42,586 bases of DNA from a virus (taxonomy: Duplodnaviria > Heunggongvirae > Uroviricota > Caudoviricetes): the IMG/VR virus record IMGVR_UViG_2541047870_000002. The stretch is one strand, 5' to 3'. Numbering within the stretch: the stretch's first letter is position 1; every line of letters starts with the position of its first letter. The notes under the pieces are model-generated. The model had not been told where the DNA came from, did no database searches, and worked only from the letters and a program-made list of their open reading frames with translations. A program made the position numbers and the translations under genes. Positions 28,062 through 40,209 of the stretch are shown here, one piece after another.

Positions 28062-29889
28062 ATTTGAGCTTAAGGCGTTGATCACCGGTGTCGACAGGCT
28101 TTCTCCCGCGCTGTCGAAAATGCAAAAGAAAATCCGGGGATTTAAACGCCAGGCGGAAGAAGCGTCACAGGGTGGGCTGGCGCTTGGTGGCGGACTGGCA
28201 GCGGGTCTGACGCTTTCCCTGAAATCTTATGCCGATCAGGAAAACGCCGCCACCGGGCTGAAAGTCGCCATGATGGATGCGAACGGCGAGGTTGGAAAGA
28301 GCTTTCAGGACATCAATAAACTGGCTATTGGCCTGGGTAACCAGCTACCCGGTACAACGGCTGATTTCCAGAACATGATGCAGATGCTGGTGCGTCAGGG
28401 GATCCCGGCAGAAAACATTCTTGGTGGTGTGGGTAAAGCGACAGCTTATCTTGCGGTACAACTGAAAAAAACACCGGAAGCGGCTGCTGAGTTTGCTGCA
28501 AAGATGCAGGATGCTACCGGAACGGCCTCAGAAGACATGATGGGGCTGTTCGACACAATTCAGAAGGCGTTTTATCTGGGCGTTGACGACACCAACATGT
28601 TGTCATTCTTCACTAAAACCAGCTCTGTTCTGAAGATGGTGAACAAGGACGGTCTTCAGGCTGCACAGAGTCTTGCCCCCATCAGTGTCATGATGGATCA
28701 GATGGGGATGAACGGGGAGTCGGCAGGTAATGCCCTGCGAAAAGTTATCCAGTCCGGATTAAGCGTTAAGAAAATCAGGGACGTCAATAAAATCATGGCC
28801 CGCCAGAAACTCGGGGTACAGCTCGATTTTACTGATGGCAAAGGGAGTTTTGGCGGTCTTGATAACATGTTCAGGCAACTGGCAAAGCTGCGAAAACTGA
28901 CCGACGTTAAGCGAACCGGTGTACTTAAGGCAATATTTGGTGATGATGCCGAAACCCTTCAGGTGGTCAATGCGCTGATCGATAAAGGAAAGGATGGCTA
29001 CGATCAGATCCAGCAGAAGATGAATAAACAGGCCAGCCTGAATAAACGTGTTCAGGCCCAGCTTGGTACGCTGTCCAACCTGTGGGAGGCAATGACGGGG
29101 ACCGCAACTAACGGCCTTGCGGCTATTGGCGGCGCATTTTCTGGTGACGCTAAGAACATCACGCAGTGGCTGGGGGAGTTGGGGGAGAAATTCACGAAGT
29201 TTGCGGATGAAAATCCCCGGGTTATTCGCGGCGTCGTCGGGCTTGCTGCCGGTCTTGCGATTCTGAAACTGGGATTGATGGGCGTGGGCGGTGCCATCAG
29301 TATTGTCAGCAGGATCATGTCGATGACGCCGATTGGCATGATTGCGACGGCGATTGCTCTGGCTGCGGGATTAATTATCACTAACTGGGATGTTGTCGGA
29401 CCTTATTTCAAGAAGCTCTGGGAAACTATTGGTCCTTATTTTGAGGCAGGCTGGGAACTTCTGAAGAAGGTTTTTGCCTGGTCGCCGCTGGGGATGGTGA
29501 TCAATAACTGGGGACCGGTTGTTAAGTGGTTTCAGGATATGTGGGACAAGCTGAAGCCGATTATTGAATGGTTTACCGACAGTTCCGGTGACACGGTCGA
29601 TGCCATTAACTCGGCGCAGTGGGGCGCGGGTGCTTATGATGCTTATGGGACGGGAATACCGCCACGGGGATACACTCCTTATCCGGCGGTGGATCCGGCT
29701 CAGGCAAACAACGCCTCCGGTGCCACAGGCCCGAATCCCTTCATGATCAACAAAGCTTCTGCGCCAAAAGTTGATGGTGAGATCAAGGTCTCTTTTGTGA
29801 ATTCGCCTCCGGGTATGCGGGTTATGGAAACGCGATCCAGCGGTTTTGATGTCAGCCATGATGTTGGCTATACGCGCTTTGGCAGGTAA
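28054..29889 (+). CDS. tail tape measure protein
   Basis: 611 aa, Ala/Gly-rich helical protein with C-terminal hydrophobic segments, canonical position. Confidence 0.8.
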   Translation: MAEFELKALITGVDRLSPALSKMQKKIRGFKRQAEEASQGGLALGGGLAAGLTLSLKSYADQENAATGLKVAMMDANGEVGKSFQDINKLAIGLGNQLPGTTADFQNMMQMLVRQGIPAENILGGVGKATAYLAVQLKKTPEAAAEFAAKMQDATGTASEDMMGLFDTIQKAFYLGVDDTNMLSFFTKTSSVLKMVNKDGLQAAQSLAPISVMMDQMGMNGESAGNALRKVIQSGLSVKKIRDVNKIMARQKLGVQLDFTDGKGSFGGLDNMFRQLAKLRKLTDVKRTGVLKAIFGDDAETLQVVNALIDKGKDGYDQIQQKMNKQASLNKRVQAQLGTLSNLWEAMTGTATNGLAAIGGAFSGDAKNITQWLGELGEKFTKFADENPRVIRGVVGLAAGLAILKLGLMGVGGAISIVSRIMSMTPIGMIATAIALAAGLIITNWDVVGPYFKKLWETIGPYFEAGWELLKKVFAWSPLGMVINNWGPVVKWFQDMWDKLKPIIEWFTDSSGDTVDAINSAQWGAGAYDAYGTGIPPRGYTPYPAVDPAQANNASGATGPNPFMINKASAPKVDGEIKVSFVNSPPGMRVMETRSSGFDVSHDVGYTRFGR

Positions 29890-29949
29890 TGAAAAATTAA
29901 TCTGTTAATGAGTCCCACTCCGGTGGGATTTTTTATGTACGGAGTTTAT

Positions 29950-31278
29950 ATGACGTGGAAAGACAGACTTCAGGACGCGTCATTTCGCGGTGTGCCGTTT
30001 AAGGTTGAAGAAGAAAGTACGGGAACCGGTCGTCGTGTGGAAACGCACGAATACCCGAACCGCGACAAACCCTATACCGAAGACCTGGGGAAAATCACTT
30101 TCCGCCCGTCCATCACGGCTTATGTGGTGGGAGATGACTGCTTTGACCAGCGCGATCGCCTGATTGACGCGCTGAATAAACCCGGTCCCGGCACGCTTGT
30201 CCATCCGACTTACGGTGAGCTGAAAGTCTGTGTTGACGGAGAGGTTCGGGTCAGCACATCGAAGAGTGAAGGGCGTATTGTCCGCTTTGACCTGAAGTTT
30301 GTCGAAGCGGGAGAACTCTCTTACCCCACATCAGGTGCGGCGACGGCGCAGACGCTGATGTCATCCTGTTCTGCACTGGATGACTGCATCAGTGACAGTT
30401 TCAGTAGTTTCAGTATCGATGGCGTGGCAGATTTTGTGCAGAACGACGTCGTCGGTAATGCCGGCACAATGCTTGGGTATGTTTCTGATGCGATGAAAGT
30501 GGTGGATTCTGCCGTATCGGATGCCGCCAGGCTGTTGCAGGGGGATATCTCGGTACTTCTGCCGCCGCCATCGTCAGGCAAAAATTTCGTTGAGCAGGTG
30601 CAGAAAATGTGGCGTACCGGGAAACGCCTTTATGGTAACGCCAGCGACCTGGTCACCATGATCAAAACGCTTTCCGGTGTCAGCCTCGGCAGCGATCTGC
30701 AACCGCGCGGCGTCTGGAAAACGGACAGTAAAACCACCGCCACGGCTACGCAGCAGCGTAATGTGGTTGCCAGCACCCTTCGTACGACCGCAATCAGCGA
30801 AGCGGCGTATGCCGTCACCCGATTGCCTGCGCCAACAACTTCCGCGGTGATGCAGAATGCCGCAGTGGGGCAGGCAACAACACCCGCGCAGAGCACTGAC
30901 TGGCCTTCCGTCACGCATCCGGCACTGAACAATGCTCCGGCGGTGAAAAGCACGGTTGACCTGCCGACGTGGGAAGAACTGACTGACATTCGCGACACAC
31001 TGAATACGGCAATTGATAAGGAGTTGTCCCGTACAACCAGTGATGCGCTGTTTCTGGCGCTGCGCCGGGTGAAAGCAGATCTGAATGCGGATATCAACAC
31101 GCGCCTTGAACAGTCTGCACGGATCATTCAGCGCACGCCGGATGAGGTTTTACCCGCGCTGGTGCTGGCGGCGACCTGGTTTGATAATGCGGCGCGTGAC
31201 GCGGACATTATCCGGCGTAATGCCATTACGCATCCCGGCTTTGTGCCGGTGATCCCTCTGAAGGTGCCAGTGCAATGA
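29950..31278 (+). CDS. DNA circularization protein N-like tail protein (Mu gpN family)
   Basis: Position and size in Mu-type tail gene order; track ORF 29908..31278 with internal ATG. Confidence 0.6.
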   Translation: MTWKDRLQDASFRGVPFKVEEESTGTGRRVETHEYPNRDKPYTEDLGKITFRPSITAYVVGDDCFDQRDRLIDALNKPGPGTLVHPTYGELKVCVDGEVRVSTSKSEGRIVRFDLKFVEAGELSYPTSGAATAQTLMSSCSALDDCISDSFSSFSIDGVADFVQNDVVGNAGTMLGYVSDAMKVVDSAVSDAARLLQGDISVLLPPPSSGKNFVEQVQKMWRTGKRLYGNASDLVTMIKTLSGVSLGSDLQPRGVWKTDSKTTATATQQRNVVASTLRTTAISEAAYAVTRLPAPTTSAVMQNAAVGQATTPAQSTDWPSVTHPALNNAPAVKSTVDLPTWEELTDIRDTLNTAIDKELSRTTSDALFLALRRVKADLNADINTRLEQSARIIQRTPDEVLPALVLAATWFDNAARDADIIRRNAITHPGFVPVIPLKVPVQ

Positions 31279-32354
31279 ACGACAATGTCACGCTACGGGT
31301 AAATGGCCGGGAGTGGAATGGCTGGACATCGGTGCGCATCGGTGCCGGTATTGAACGGCTGGCGCGGGATTTCAGTGTGGAGATCACCCGCCAGTGGCCG
31401 GGAGATGAGGGTATCACCACGCTTCAGCCGCGCATTAAAAACGGTTCAAAAGTGGAAGTGCTGATTGGTGATGAGCTGGTGATCACCGGCTGGGTGGAGG
31501 CGACGCCCGTTCGTTACGATTCCCGTTCGGTCAGCACCGGTATTGCCGGACGCAGTCTGACGGCTGACCTGATTGACTGTGCAGCCGAACCGACACAGTT
31601 TAACGGACGCTCGCTGGTGCAGATTGCGCAGGCGCTTGCTGCGCCTTTCGGCATTGAGGTGGTGAACAGCGGTGCGCCGTCGGGTGTTATTCCTGATGTT
31701 CAGCCTGATCACGGTGAAACGGTGATTGAGGTAATCAACAAAATACTCGGTCAGCAGCAGGCACTGGCTTACGACGACCCGCACGGCAGGCTGGTGATTG
31801 GCGGTATTGGCTCAACGCGGGCACATACTGCGCTGGTACTCGGGGAAAACATCCTTTCCTGCGATACGGAGAAGAGTATCCGGGAGCGATTTTCTGTTTA
31901 CCAGGTGGCGGGGCAGCGTGCCGGAAACGACGATGATTTCGGTGAGGCCACCACCACCGCGCTGCGGGCCCGCACAGAGGACGCATTTATTGCCCGTTAC
32001 CGTCCGATGTATATCAGGCAGACAGGGCAGGCTACGGGGGCAGGCTGTATTGCGCGTGCTGACTTTGAAGCCCGACAACGGGCGGCGCGGACGGATGAAA
32101 CCACCTATGTGGTGCAGGGCTGGCGACAGGGTAACGGTACGCTGTGGCAGCCCAACCAGCGGGTGATTGTCTTTGATCCGGTCTGTGGTTTCGACAATAC
32201 CGAACTGCTTGTTTCGGAAGTCACGTTTACTCAGGACCAGAACGGCACCCTGACGGAAATCCGTGTCGGCCCGCCTGATGCTTATCTGCCTGAACCCGAA
32301 GCCCCCGGCGCGCGGAAAAAGAAAAAAGCCAGAGTACAGGAGGACCCGTTCTGA
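31275..32354 (+). CDS. baseplate hub protein (Mu gpP / gp44-like)
   Basis: 359 aa, position in Mu-type baseplate cluster. Confidence 0.6.
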   Translation: MNDNVTLRVNGREWNGWTSVRIGAGIERLARDFSVEITRQWPGDEGITTLQPRIKNGSKVEVLIGDELVITGWVEATPVRYDSRSVSTGIAGRSLTADLIDCAAEPTQFNGRSLVQIAQALAAPFGIEVVNSGAPSGVIPDVQPDHGETVIEVINKILGQQQALAYDDPHGRLVIGGIGSTRAHTALVLGENILSCDTEKSIRERFSVYQVAGQRAGNDDDFGEATTTALRARTEDAFIARYRPMYIRQTGQATGAGCIARADFEARQRAARTDETTYVVQGWRQGNGTLWQPNQRVIVFDPVCGFDNTELLVSEVTFTQDQNGTLTEIRVGPPDAYLPEPEAPGARKKKKARVQEDPF

Positions 32355-32902
32355 TGAGGACGATTGAAGCCATGCAGCGACAACTCCTCGGCCTGATTGG
32401 GCGGGCGGTGGTGAAAAGCATCAGTGCCGCCACGAAATGTCAGACCGTGGATGTGTCCCTGATTGCCGGTGAACTCAAAGCCGGGGTTGAACATCTTGAA
32501 CCCTACGGTTTTACCGCAAGGGCAAACAGCGGTGCGGAAGCGGTGGTGTTGTTTCCGGATGGTGACCGTTCTCATGCGGTGGTTGTTACGGTGTCGGACC
32601 GGCGCTACCGCCTGAAAGGGCTGCAGACGGGTGAGGTGGCGGTCTATGACGATCAGGGGCAGTCCGTGACGCTGACCCGGGCGGGGATCGTGGTGGACGG
32701 TGCAGGGAAAACGATCACGTTTCGCAATGCATCTAAAGCACGTTTTGAAATGGACCTGGAAGTGACCGGACAGGTGAAAGACCTGTGCGACTCCGGCGGC
32801 ACCACCATGTCAGCGATGCGGCTTGCCTATAACGGCCATCGTCACAGAGAGAACGGTCAGGGCAGTAACACCGACAAACCGGATAAAGCGATGGAGGCAT
32901 GA
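32354..32902 (+). CDS. baseplate spike / assembly protein V-like (Mu gp45-like)
   Basis: 182 aa, position. Confidence 0.55.
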   Translation: MRTIEAMQRQLLGLIGRAVVKSISAATKCQTVDVSLIAGELKAGVEHLEPYGFTARANSGAEAVVLFPDGDRSHAVVVTVSDRRYRLKGLQTGEVAVYDDQGQSVTLTRAGIVVDGAGKTITFRNASKARFEMDLEVTGQVKDLCDSGGTTMSAMRLAYNGHRHRENGQGSNTDKPDKAMEA

Positions 32903-33327
32903 TGGAACTGTGGCTGACGGTGAACGGTAAACGCACCTGCGCCAGCGCACCGCTGGATCCGCTGACCCGCGCCGTGGTGATTTCCCTGTTCACCTGGCGG
33001 CGGGCGGAGCCTGATGACAATGCCGACGTCCCGATGGGATGGTGGGGGGATACCTGGCCTGCGGTACAGAATGACCGTTACGGCTCCCGGCTGTGGCTGC
33101 TTCAGCGCGGCAAACTGACCAATCAGCTGGTGCAGACGGTAAGGGGGTATATCCGCGAATGCCTGCAATGGATGATTGATGACGGTGTGGTGTCCCGTAT
33201 TGATCTGGATATCCGCCGCACCGGGATTAATGAACTGGGTAACAGTATCACTCTCTGGCGTCGTGACGGACCGGTAATGATTTCTTTTGATGATCTGTGG
33301 AGTGCGATAACGCATGGCGGACAGTGA
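32899..33327 (+). CDS. baseplate protein (GP46/gpW-like)
   Basis: 142 aa, position. Confidence 0.55.
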   Translation: MMELWLTVNGKRTCASAPLDPLTRAVVISLFTWRRAEPDDNADVPMGWWGDTWPAVQNDRYGSRLWLLQRGKLTNQLVQTVRGYIRECLQWMIDDGVVSRIDLDIRRTGINELGNSITLWRRDGPVMISFDDLWSAITHGGQ

Positions 33328-34372
33328 ATTTCAGCGCCCGACGCTGGCAGAAAATATCAGTATGCTCCGTAACGATTTATTCGCCAGGCTGGACGTCAGC
33401 GACACGCTCCGGCGCATGGATGAAGACGTGCGGGCAAAGGTGTATGCGGCGGCGCTGCATACGGTTTACGGTTACATCGATTATCTGGCAATGAACATGC
33501 TGCCTGACCTGTGCGATGAGTCCTGGCTGGCGCGACATGCTGCGATGAAACGGTGTCCGCGCAAGGGGGCCACGGCTGCCAGCGGGTATATGCGCTGGGA
33601 AGGTGTCAGCGATGGCCTGAAGGTGACCGCCGGAAGTGTTATTCAGCGCGATGACCTTGTTCAGTACACGGCAACTGCCGATGCAACCAGCACCGATGGT
33701 GTCCTGCGCGTGCCGATCGCCTGCTCAAGTGCAGGCGCGGTCGGTAACGCTGACGACGGTACGTCATTAATCCTGGTCACGCCGGTTAATGGTCTGCCGT
33801 CTTCCGGCGAGGCAGATACCCTGACAGGTGGATTTGATACTGAAGAGCTGGAAACGTGGCGCGCCCGCGTCATTGAGCGGTATTACTGGACGCCTCAGGG
33901 CGGGGCTGACGGGGACTATGTCGTCTGGGCTAAAGAAGTGCCCGGCATTACCCGCGCATGGACATACCGACACTGGATGGGAACGGGGACTGTCGGTGTG
34001 ATGATTGCCAGCAGTGACCTGATTAACCCCATTCCGGAAGAATCAACGGAAACGGCGGCAAGACAACATATCGAGCCACTGGCCCCGGTGGCAGGCTCTG
34101 ATTTGTATGTATTCAGGCCGGTGGCACATACGGTGGATTTTCATATCCGCGTGACGCCGGACACACCAGAAATACGAGCCGCCATCACCGCGGAGTTGCG
34201 TTCGTTTCTTCTGCGTGATGGTTATCCGCAGGGAGAACTGAAGGTATCGCGTATCAGTGAGGCGATTTCCGGTGTGAACGGGGAATACAGCCATCAGTTG
34301 CTTGCACCGGCAGACAATATCTCCATTGCGAAAAATGAACTGGCGGTTCTGGGGACAATTTCATGGACGTGA
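33314..34372 (+). CDS. baseplate J-like protein (Mu gp47-like)
   Basis: 352 aa, position. Confidence 0.65.
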   Translation: MADSEFQRPTLAENISMLRNDLFARLDVSDTLRRMDEDVRAKVYAAALHTVYGYIDYLAMNMLPDLCDESWLARHAAMKRCPRKGATAASGYMRWEGVSDGLKVTAGSVIQRDDLVQYTATADATSTDGVLRVPIACSSAGAVGNADDGTSLILVTPVNGLPSSGEADTLTGGFDTEELETWRARVIERYYWTPQGGADGDYVVWAKEVPGITRAWTYRHWMGTGTVGVMIASSDLINPIPEESTETAARQHIEPLAPVAGSDLYVFRPVAHTVDFHIRVTPDTPEIRAAITAELRSFLLRDGYPQGELKVSRISEAISGVNGEYSHQLLAPADNISIAKNELAVLGTISWT

Positions 34373-34947
34373 CAAACGATGATTACATCCGTCTGTTGTC
34401 GGCACTGTTGCCACCCGGTCCGGCGTGGTCAGCCAGAGATCCGGCGATTGCCGGTGCGGCACCGTCATTAACCCGCGTTCATCAGCGTGCGGATGCCCTG
34501 ATGCGGGAGCTGGATCCGCGCACCACCACTGAACTGATAAACCGCTGGGAGCGTCTGTGCGGTCTGCCGGATGAATGTATTCCCGCAGGGACACAGACCC
34601 TTCGCCAGCGTCAGCAACGGCTGGATGCGAAGGTTAACCTGGCGGGCGGCATCAACGAGGATTTTTATCTTGCACAGCTTGCTGCCCTGGGCAGGCCAGA
34701 TGCCACCATCACGCGATACGACAAAAGCACCTTCACCTGCTCATCGGCCTGTACTGACGCGGTGAATGCGCCGGAATGGCGGTATTACTGGCAGATCAAC
34801 ATGCCAGCCGCCACCAACACCACTTGGATGACATGTGGCGATCCCTGTGATTCCGCGCTGCGTATCTGGGGCGACACCGTTGTCGAATGTGTGCTTAACA
34901 AACTCTGCCCGTCGCATACCTACGTAATTTTTAAATATCCGGAGTAA
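34363..34947 (+). CDS. baseplate wedge/tail protein (YmfQ / DUF2313-like, Mu gp48-like)
   Basis: 194 aa, position before tail fibre. Confidence 0.55.
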   Translation: MDVTNDDYIRLLSALLPPGPAWSARDPAIAGAAPSLTRVHQRADALMRELDPRTTTELINRWERLCGLPDECIPAGTQTLRQRQQRLDAKVNLAGGINEDFYLAQLAALGRPDATITRYDKSTFTCSSACTDAVNAPEWRYYWQINMPAATNTTWMTCGDPCDSALRIWGDTVVECVLNKLCPSHTYVIFKYPE

Positions 34948-34950
34948 TCC

Positions 34951-35877
34951 ATGCATCGTATAGACACGAAAACCGCGCAGAAGGATAAGTTCGGCGCGGG
35001 TAAGAACGGTTTTACCCGTGGTAACCCCCAGACCGGCACACCTGCCACCGATCTGGATGATGACTACTTTGACATGTTGCAGGAAGAACTCTGCAGCGTG
35101 GTGGAGGCATCCGGTGCCAGTCTGGAGAAGGGGAGGCACGACCAGCTGCTTACCGCGCTTCGTGCGCTGCTGTTAAGCCGCAAAAATCCGTTTAGCGATA
35201 TCAAATCGGACGGCACGGTGAAAACGGCTCTCGAAAACCTTGGTTTGGGAGATACAAGCGGATACGTGGGACGCTGGGTGAATACCCGGGTTTTCACGTC
35301 ATCAGGTACGTACACCCCGACGCCAGGAACAAAACGGATCAGGGTCACAATAACGGGCGGCGGTGGCGGAGGGGGCGGCTGCAAGGCTATATCCAATAAT
35401 GAAACGTTTTTCGGTGCTGGCGGCGGGGCAGGTGGGACAGTAATCACCAAGCTGATCCTGACGAAGGATAGTTATCCTGTCACTATCGGTGCAGGTGGGG
35501 CCGGCGGCGTTAGTGCGACGAACGGCCTCAAGGGCGGTGATAGCTCGTTCGGATCGGTAATAGCCCCTGGTGGTGAAGGTGGTGGAAAATCAGGAGTCAC
35601 AAACACGAACGGTGGTAACGGCGGCGTGCCAAGTACTGGCGGTATCAACATCATTGGTGGAAATGGAGGCGACGGTCAGTCCGGAAATATCGGCGTCAGC
35701 GGTGAAGGCGGAACATCGTACTGGGGGGGCGGTGGACGCGCAGGCGCTGGCGGTGGTGTTAGTGGTAAGGCATATGGTTCAGGTGGCGGTGGCGCATACG
35801 ATGCCGGTTATAGCGGAACCAGTATGACAGGCGGGAAAGGTGCTGCTGGGATTTGTATTATCGAGGAGTTTGCATAA
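34951..35877 (+). CDS. tail fibre protein with glycine-rich C-terminal region
   Basis: 308 aa; C-terminal half dominated by GG/GGxGG repeats; followed by tail fibre assembly gene. Confidence 0.6.
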   Translation: MHRIDTKTAQKDKFGAGKNGFTRGNPQTGTPATDLDDDYFDMLQEELCSVVEASGASLEKGRHDQLLTALRALLLSRKNPFSDIKSDGTVKTALENLGLGDTSGYVGRWVNTRVFTSSGTYTPTPGTKRIRVTITGGGGGGGGCKAISNNETFFGAGGGAGGTVITKLILTKDSYPVTIGAGGAGGVSATNGLKGGDSSFGSVIAPGGEGGGKSGVTNTNGGNGGVPSTGGINIIGGNGGDGQSGNIGVSGEGGTSYWGGGGRAGAGGGVSGKAYGSGGGGAYDAGYSGTSMTGGKGAAGICIIEEFA

Positions 35878-36293
35878 TGAATGCGTCATATGCAGTTATT
35901 GAAAATGGGATGGTTGTGAATGTCATTGTCTGGGATGGCGAGGCTGAATTCACAGTGCCGGATAATCAGCAGCTCATTGATATTTCTGATATCAGTGAGC
36001 ATCCCGGAATCGGCTGGGTGTATTCAGACGGGGTATTTACTGCGCCGCTCCCTCCGGAACGTTCTCATGATGAACTGGTAGCTGACGCTGAACAGAAAAA
36101 ACAGTCGCTGATAGACGCAGCAATGGCCAATATCAGCGTGATTCAGTTAAAGCTGCAGGCCGGGCGCAAACTGACGCAAGAAGAAACTACCCGACTTAAC
36201 GTTGTGCTGGATTATATCGAGGCTGTGACGGCAACAGATACCAGCATTGCACCGGATATTGAGTGGCCGGATGAACCGTGCTTCGCTGAGTAA
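35877..36293 (+). CDS. tail fibre assembly chaperone (Tfa)
   Basis: TAATG stop-start overlap with fibre gene; 138 aa; typical Tfa position. Confidence 0.65.
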   Translation: MNASYAVIENGMVVNVIVWDGEAEFTVPDNQQLIDISDISEHPGIGWVYSDGVFTAPLPPERSHDELVADAEQKKQSLIDAAMANISVIQLKLQAGRKLTQEETTRLNVVLDYIEAVTATDTSIAPDIEWPDEPCFAE

Positions 36294-36553
36294 AGTCTGT
36301 TGAGGAGAAGCGGTTTAATTGTAACTCAATTCTTTTTGTGTAATAAAAGTAGGACAAAACTGTGACACATAAAGCCTCGCAATGGTTTGCAAGGCTTTGA
36401 ACGCTTCTGTATTGATGATGTGACGCGGTTTCGTTTATTTCCATTCTATATATTGATGTCGATTTTTATGAATATAGAGCATACGGATAAACTGCAGTGT
36501 GATTAGAGTCAAAGTAATAGTTGTTGACTCTAATCATTGCAAAGTGACTTTAC

Positions 36554-37621
36554 TTAATGAAATTTATCTCGGATGAATTGTTGCGATGGTTTTTCAATAA
36601 ATATATATGACATATAGCTAATTGCCATTAATGTAAGCATGAATAAAATGAATACCTTGGGGCTGTAAAAAAGATCGCGTCCATAGCCAATCTTGTCAGC
36701 TAAATAAACAACAATGATTTGCAAAGGAAAATGTAAAAGATAAGATGAATAACTGATATCGCCCAACCATTCAATTTTTTTCCCAAAATCGTTTCGTATT
36801 GCGCTAATTGATACAAGGAAAAAGATTATGGAGGTAAATCCGAATAAGATAATTGAGAATATATCTGCTACTTGCAGGGTAAAGATAACTCCCCATGAGA
36901 TCAATAGAAAAACACAAGCAAAAATAAAAAATAACTTTGCGCTAATATTATTTATGGCCGCAATCGTAATTTTATAAGTCAGACCACCAATAAAGAAAGA
37001 GAATGCGCCGATCATTATGGGATTGTTAATTTTGAAAAAGTAGTACGACAATGCAACTATTAAAATTGATATGAATGTTGTTTTTGATGTGAACTTGCAT
37101 AATATAAAAAATATCATGTACATAAGTACTTCAATCGACACGGACCATGTCGGGGCGTTGAAGGACCAACCTCGCTCAAATCCCCATGATTGAATCATCA
37201 ATAAATTCAGAATGGCATGGTAAATGTCATTCATAGGATAAACAAAAAAATAATTATGACTTTTAAAGAAAATAATTTGTAATATTGCCACGGCAGCAAA
37301 TGTAAATATATAAAGTGGATATAATCTACTGACACGGTTAACTATAAAAGTTTTTGCTGAGGTTTTATTGCTGTGTATATTGTCAGCGTATAGATAAAAA
37401 AATATGAATCCAGAAATCATAAAAAACAATTCGACAGCATATAAACCGTAATGATAAAAGACGGAAAAAAAATCATAAAAAGGTTGGCGGTTTATGATTA
37501 TGTCAGATGCAGCATTCTTTTTCATAAAAAAATGTTGCCAATGCCATAACACAACGGAAAGTGCGGCAAATCCTCTCAGAACATCCAGGGTATATATTCT
37601 CTTCCCAAAAACATTCGTCAC
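36554..37621 (-). CDS. acyltransferase family 3 integral membrane protein (O-antigen/LPS acetyltransferase-like), lysogenic conversion candidate
   Basis: 355 aa, about 10 TM helices, N-terminal motif …LDVLRGFAALSVVLWHW… typical of OafA/Oac-type acyltransferases; very AT-rich; reverse orientation. Confidence 0.8.
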   Translation of the reverse strand: MTNVFGKRIYTLDVLRGFAALSVVLWHWQHFFMKKNAASDIIINRQPFYDFFSVFYHYGLYAVELFFMISGFIFFYLYADNIHSNKTSAKTFIVNRVSRLYPLYIFTFAAVAILQIIFFKSHNYFFVYPMNDIYHAILNLLMIQSWGFERGWSFNAPTWSVSIEVLMYMIFFILCKFTSKTTFISILIVALSYYFFKINNPIMIGAFSFFIGGLTYKITIAAINNISAKLFFIFACVFLLISWGVIFTLQVADIFSIILFGFTSIIFFLVSISAIRNDFGKKIEWLGDISYSSYLLHFPLQIIVVYLADKIGYGRDLFYSPKVFILFMLTLMAISYMSYIFIEKPSQQFIRDKFH

Positions 37622-37984
37622 AACGAACCTCTTTTAATAAAGTCAAGTGATAATGAAAGATAAATATTGTAAACGAAAAAGCACTGGACTGGAACATATA
37701 TCTCTGCCTATAATTTAACCAGGATAATTTTACTAACGCAGTCATAATTCGTTCATGTATACCAGATGAAAGTACATGTTCTATGAAATAGGGTTTTGCC
37801 TGGAGTTTGAAGGTTTTTAACGATTATACCTGTTTAATCGACTCCCCATGTTTTTTGACATTATCCACCGCACACGATACTGGATGCCAGGCAAACTGAT
37901 TTGCTGGCATAAAGTCACTGAGAATTTTTTACCAACAATATCTTGCCACATCTTTGATCCTACCCACGTAATATGGACACAGGC

Positions 37985-38851
37985 CTAAGCGAGGTTCTGG
38001 TTTTCAAATTGTTCCGGACTGAGGCCGCCACACCAACTGTGCCGCCGCCACCGATTGTAATCACATTCGATATAATTAAACACCGTTGCCCGCATTATTT
38101 CCCGGCTGATAAAGTGTTCTCCATGGATACATTCCACTTTCAGCGAATGAAAGAAGCTTTCCACGCAGGCATTATCGTAGCAGCAACCTTTTGCGCTCAT
38201 ACTTCCACGCAGATTATGCCGCTTCAGTTGCGCCTGATAATCTGCTGAACAGTACTGGCCTCCACGGTCCGTGTGAACGATAACGTTCCGGGGCCTCTTA
38301 CGCCGCCACAGCGCCATCTGCAGGGCATCGCAGGCCAGTTGCGCCGTCATGCGTGGCGACATTGACCAGCCAATAACGGCACGTGACCACAGGTCAATGA
38401 CCACTGCCAGATACAGCCAGCCTTCATCTGTACGTAAGTACGTGATGTCTCCTGCCCACTTCTGGTTCGGGCCACTGGCGTAAAAATCCTGCTCCAACAG
38501 ATTTTCTGACACAGGCAGGCCGTGTGCGCGGTAGCTGACCGGGCTGAACTTCCGGGAGGCCTTTGCCCTCAGTCCCTGACGGCGCAGGCTTGCCGCCACG
38601 GTTTTTACGTTAAAGGGGTAACCCTGAGCACGCAGTTCATCCGTCAGGCGTGGGGCACCGTAACGCTGTTTTGACCGGGTAAAAGCCGCGAGGACAACGC
38701 TGTCGCAGTGTTGGCGGAACTGCTGACGCGTGCTTATCCTTGTCCGCCGCTGACACCACGTATACCAGCCGCTGCGGGCCACCCGGAGCACGCGGCACAT
38801 TGCTTTGATGCTGAACTCAGCCTGATGTTTTTCAATAAAGACATACTTCAT
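37985..38851 (-). CDS. insF: IS3 transposase OrfB (DDE integrase domain)
   Basis: 288 aa, recognised IS3 transposase sequence. Confidence 0.9.
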   Translation of the reverse strand: MKYVFIEKHQAEFSIKAMCRVLRVARSGWYTWCQRRTRISTRQQFRQHCDSVVLAAFTRSKQRYGAPRLTDELRAQGYPFNVKTVAASLRRQGLRAKASRKFSPVSYRAHGLPVSENLLEQDFYASGPNQKWAGDITYLRTDEGWLYLAVVIDLWSRAVIGWSMSPRMTAQLACDALQMALWRRKRPRNVIVHTDRGGQYCSADYQAQLKRHNLRGSMSAKGCCYDNACVESFFHSLKVECIHGEHFISREIMRATVFNYIECDYNRWRRHSWCGGLSPEQFENQNLA

Positions 38852-39147
38852 TTCAGGCGCTTCGCGAAGTATGTCGCGGCCTTTTGGAGGATAGCCAGCT
38901 CTTCATCCCGTTCTGCCAGCTGGCGTTTGAGACGTGCAATCTCGGTAGACATCTCCAGTTCACGTTCAGAAGACGTCTGCTGATTTTGCTGTTTACTGCG
39001 CCAGTTGTAGAGCTGTGATTCATACAGGCTGAGTTCACGGGCTGCGGCAGTAACACCGATGCGTTCAGCAAGCTTCAGGGCTTCACTGCGAAATTCAGGC
39101 GAATGCTGTTTACGGGGTTTTTTACTGGTTGATACTGTTTTTGTCAT
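38848..39147 (-). CDS. insE: IS3 transposase OrfA (HTH)
   Basis: [32 protein letters not shown]… recognised as IS3 OrfA; track ORF 38848..39156. Confidence 0.9.
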   Translation of the reverse strand: MTKTVSTSKKPRKQHSPEFRSEALKLAERIGVTAAARELSLYESQLYNWRSKQQNQQTSSERELEMSTEIARLKRQLAERDEELAILQKAATYFAKRLK

Positions 39148-39432
39148 GTGAGTCACCTCTGACTGAGAGTTTACTCACTTAGCCGCGTGTCCACTATTGC
39201 TGGGTAAGATCACTTTTCCCGCACAGTTTCGGCAATAGAATCAGCGGGCAGCGGTCATCAATATTCATCAGACATTGATCTGCCGCACTATCTGACCGGT
39301 GTCCTGCTGAGAATACTAATTTCTTTTTTTGCAAGTGCTGTCCAATCATGATTGGGGGGGGGCGGCGGAGTTGAAACCGCAGGTACGTTGTATGCAATAA
39401 CGTGCTGCGGTTTAATCTTATCAATTGAATAC

Positions 39433-40209
<777 letters not shown>

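Larger units (their letters stand above)
37945..39212 (-). mobile_element. IS3 insertion sequence, complete, with 3-bp target-site duplication CTT
   Basis: Terminal inverted repeats TGATCCTACCCACG… and …GCTGGGTAAGATCA; orfA/orfB pair; CTT on both flanks. Confidence 0.9.

Noticed and set aside
35250-35877. Glycine-rich repeats at the C-terminus of the tail fibre gene as a separate repeat element
   Set aside because: They are in-frame coding repeats typical of fibre proteins and not an independent feature
39354-39362. G9 homopolymer tract as a phase-variation switch
   Set aside because: Lies in non-coding DNA downstream of the GIY-YIG gene with no adjacent promoter or ORF that it would obviously toggle; noted only as an assembly-error-prone site
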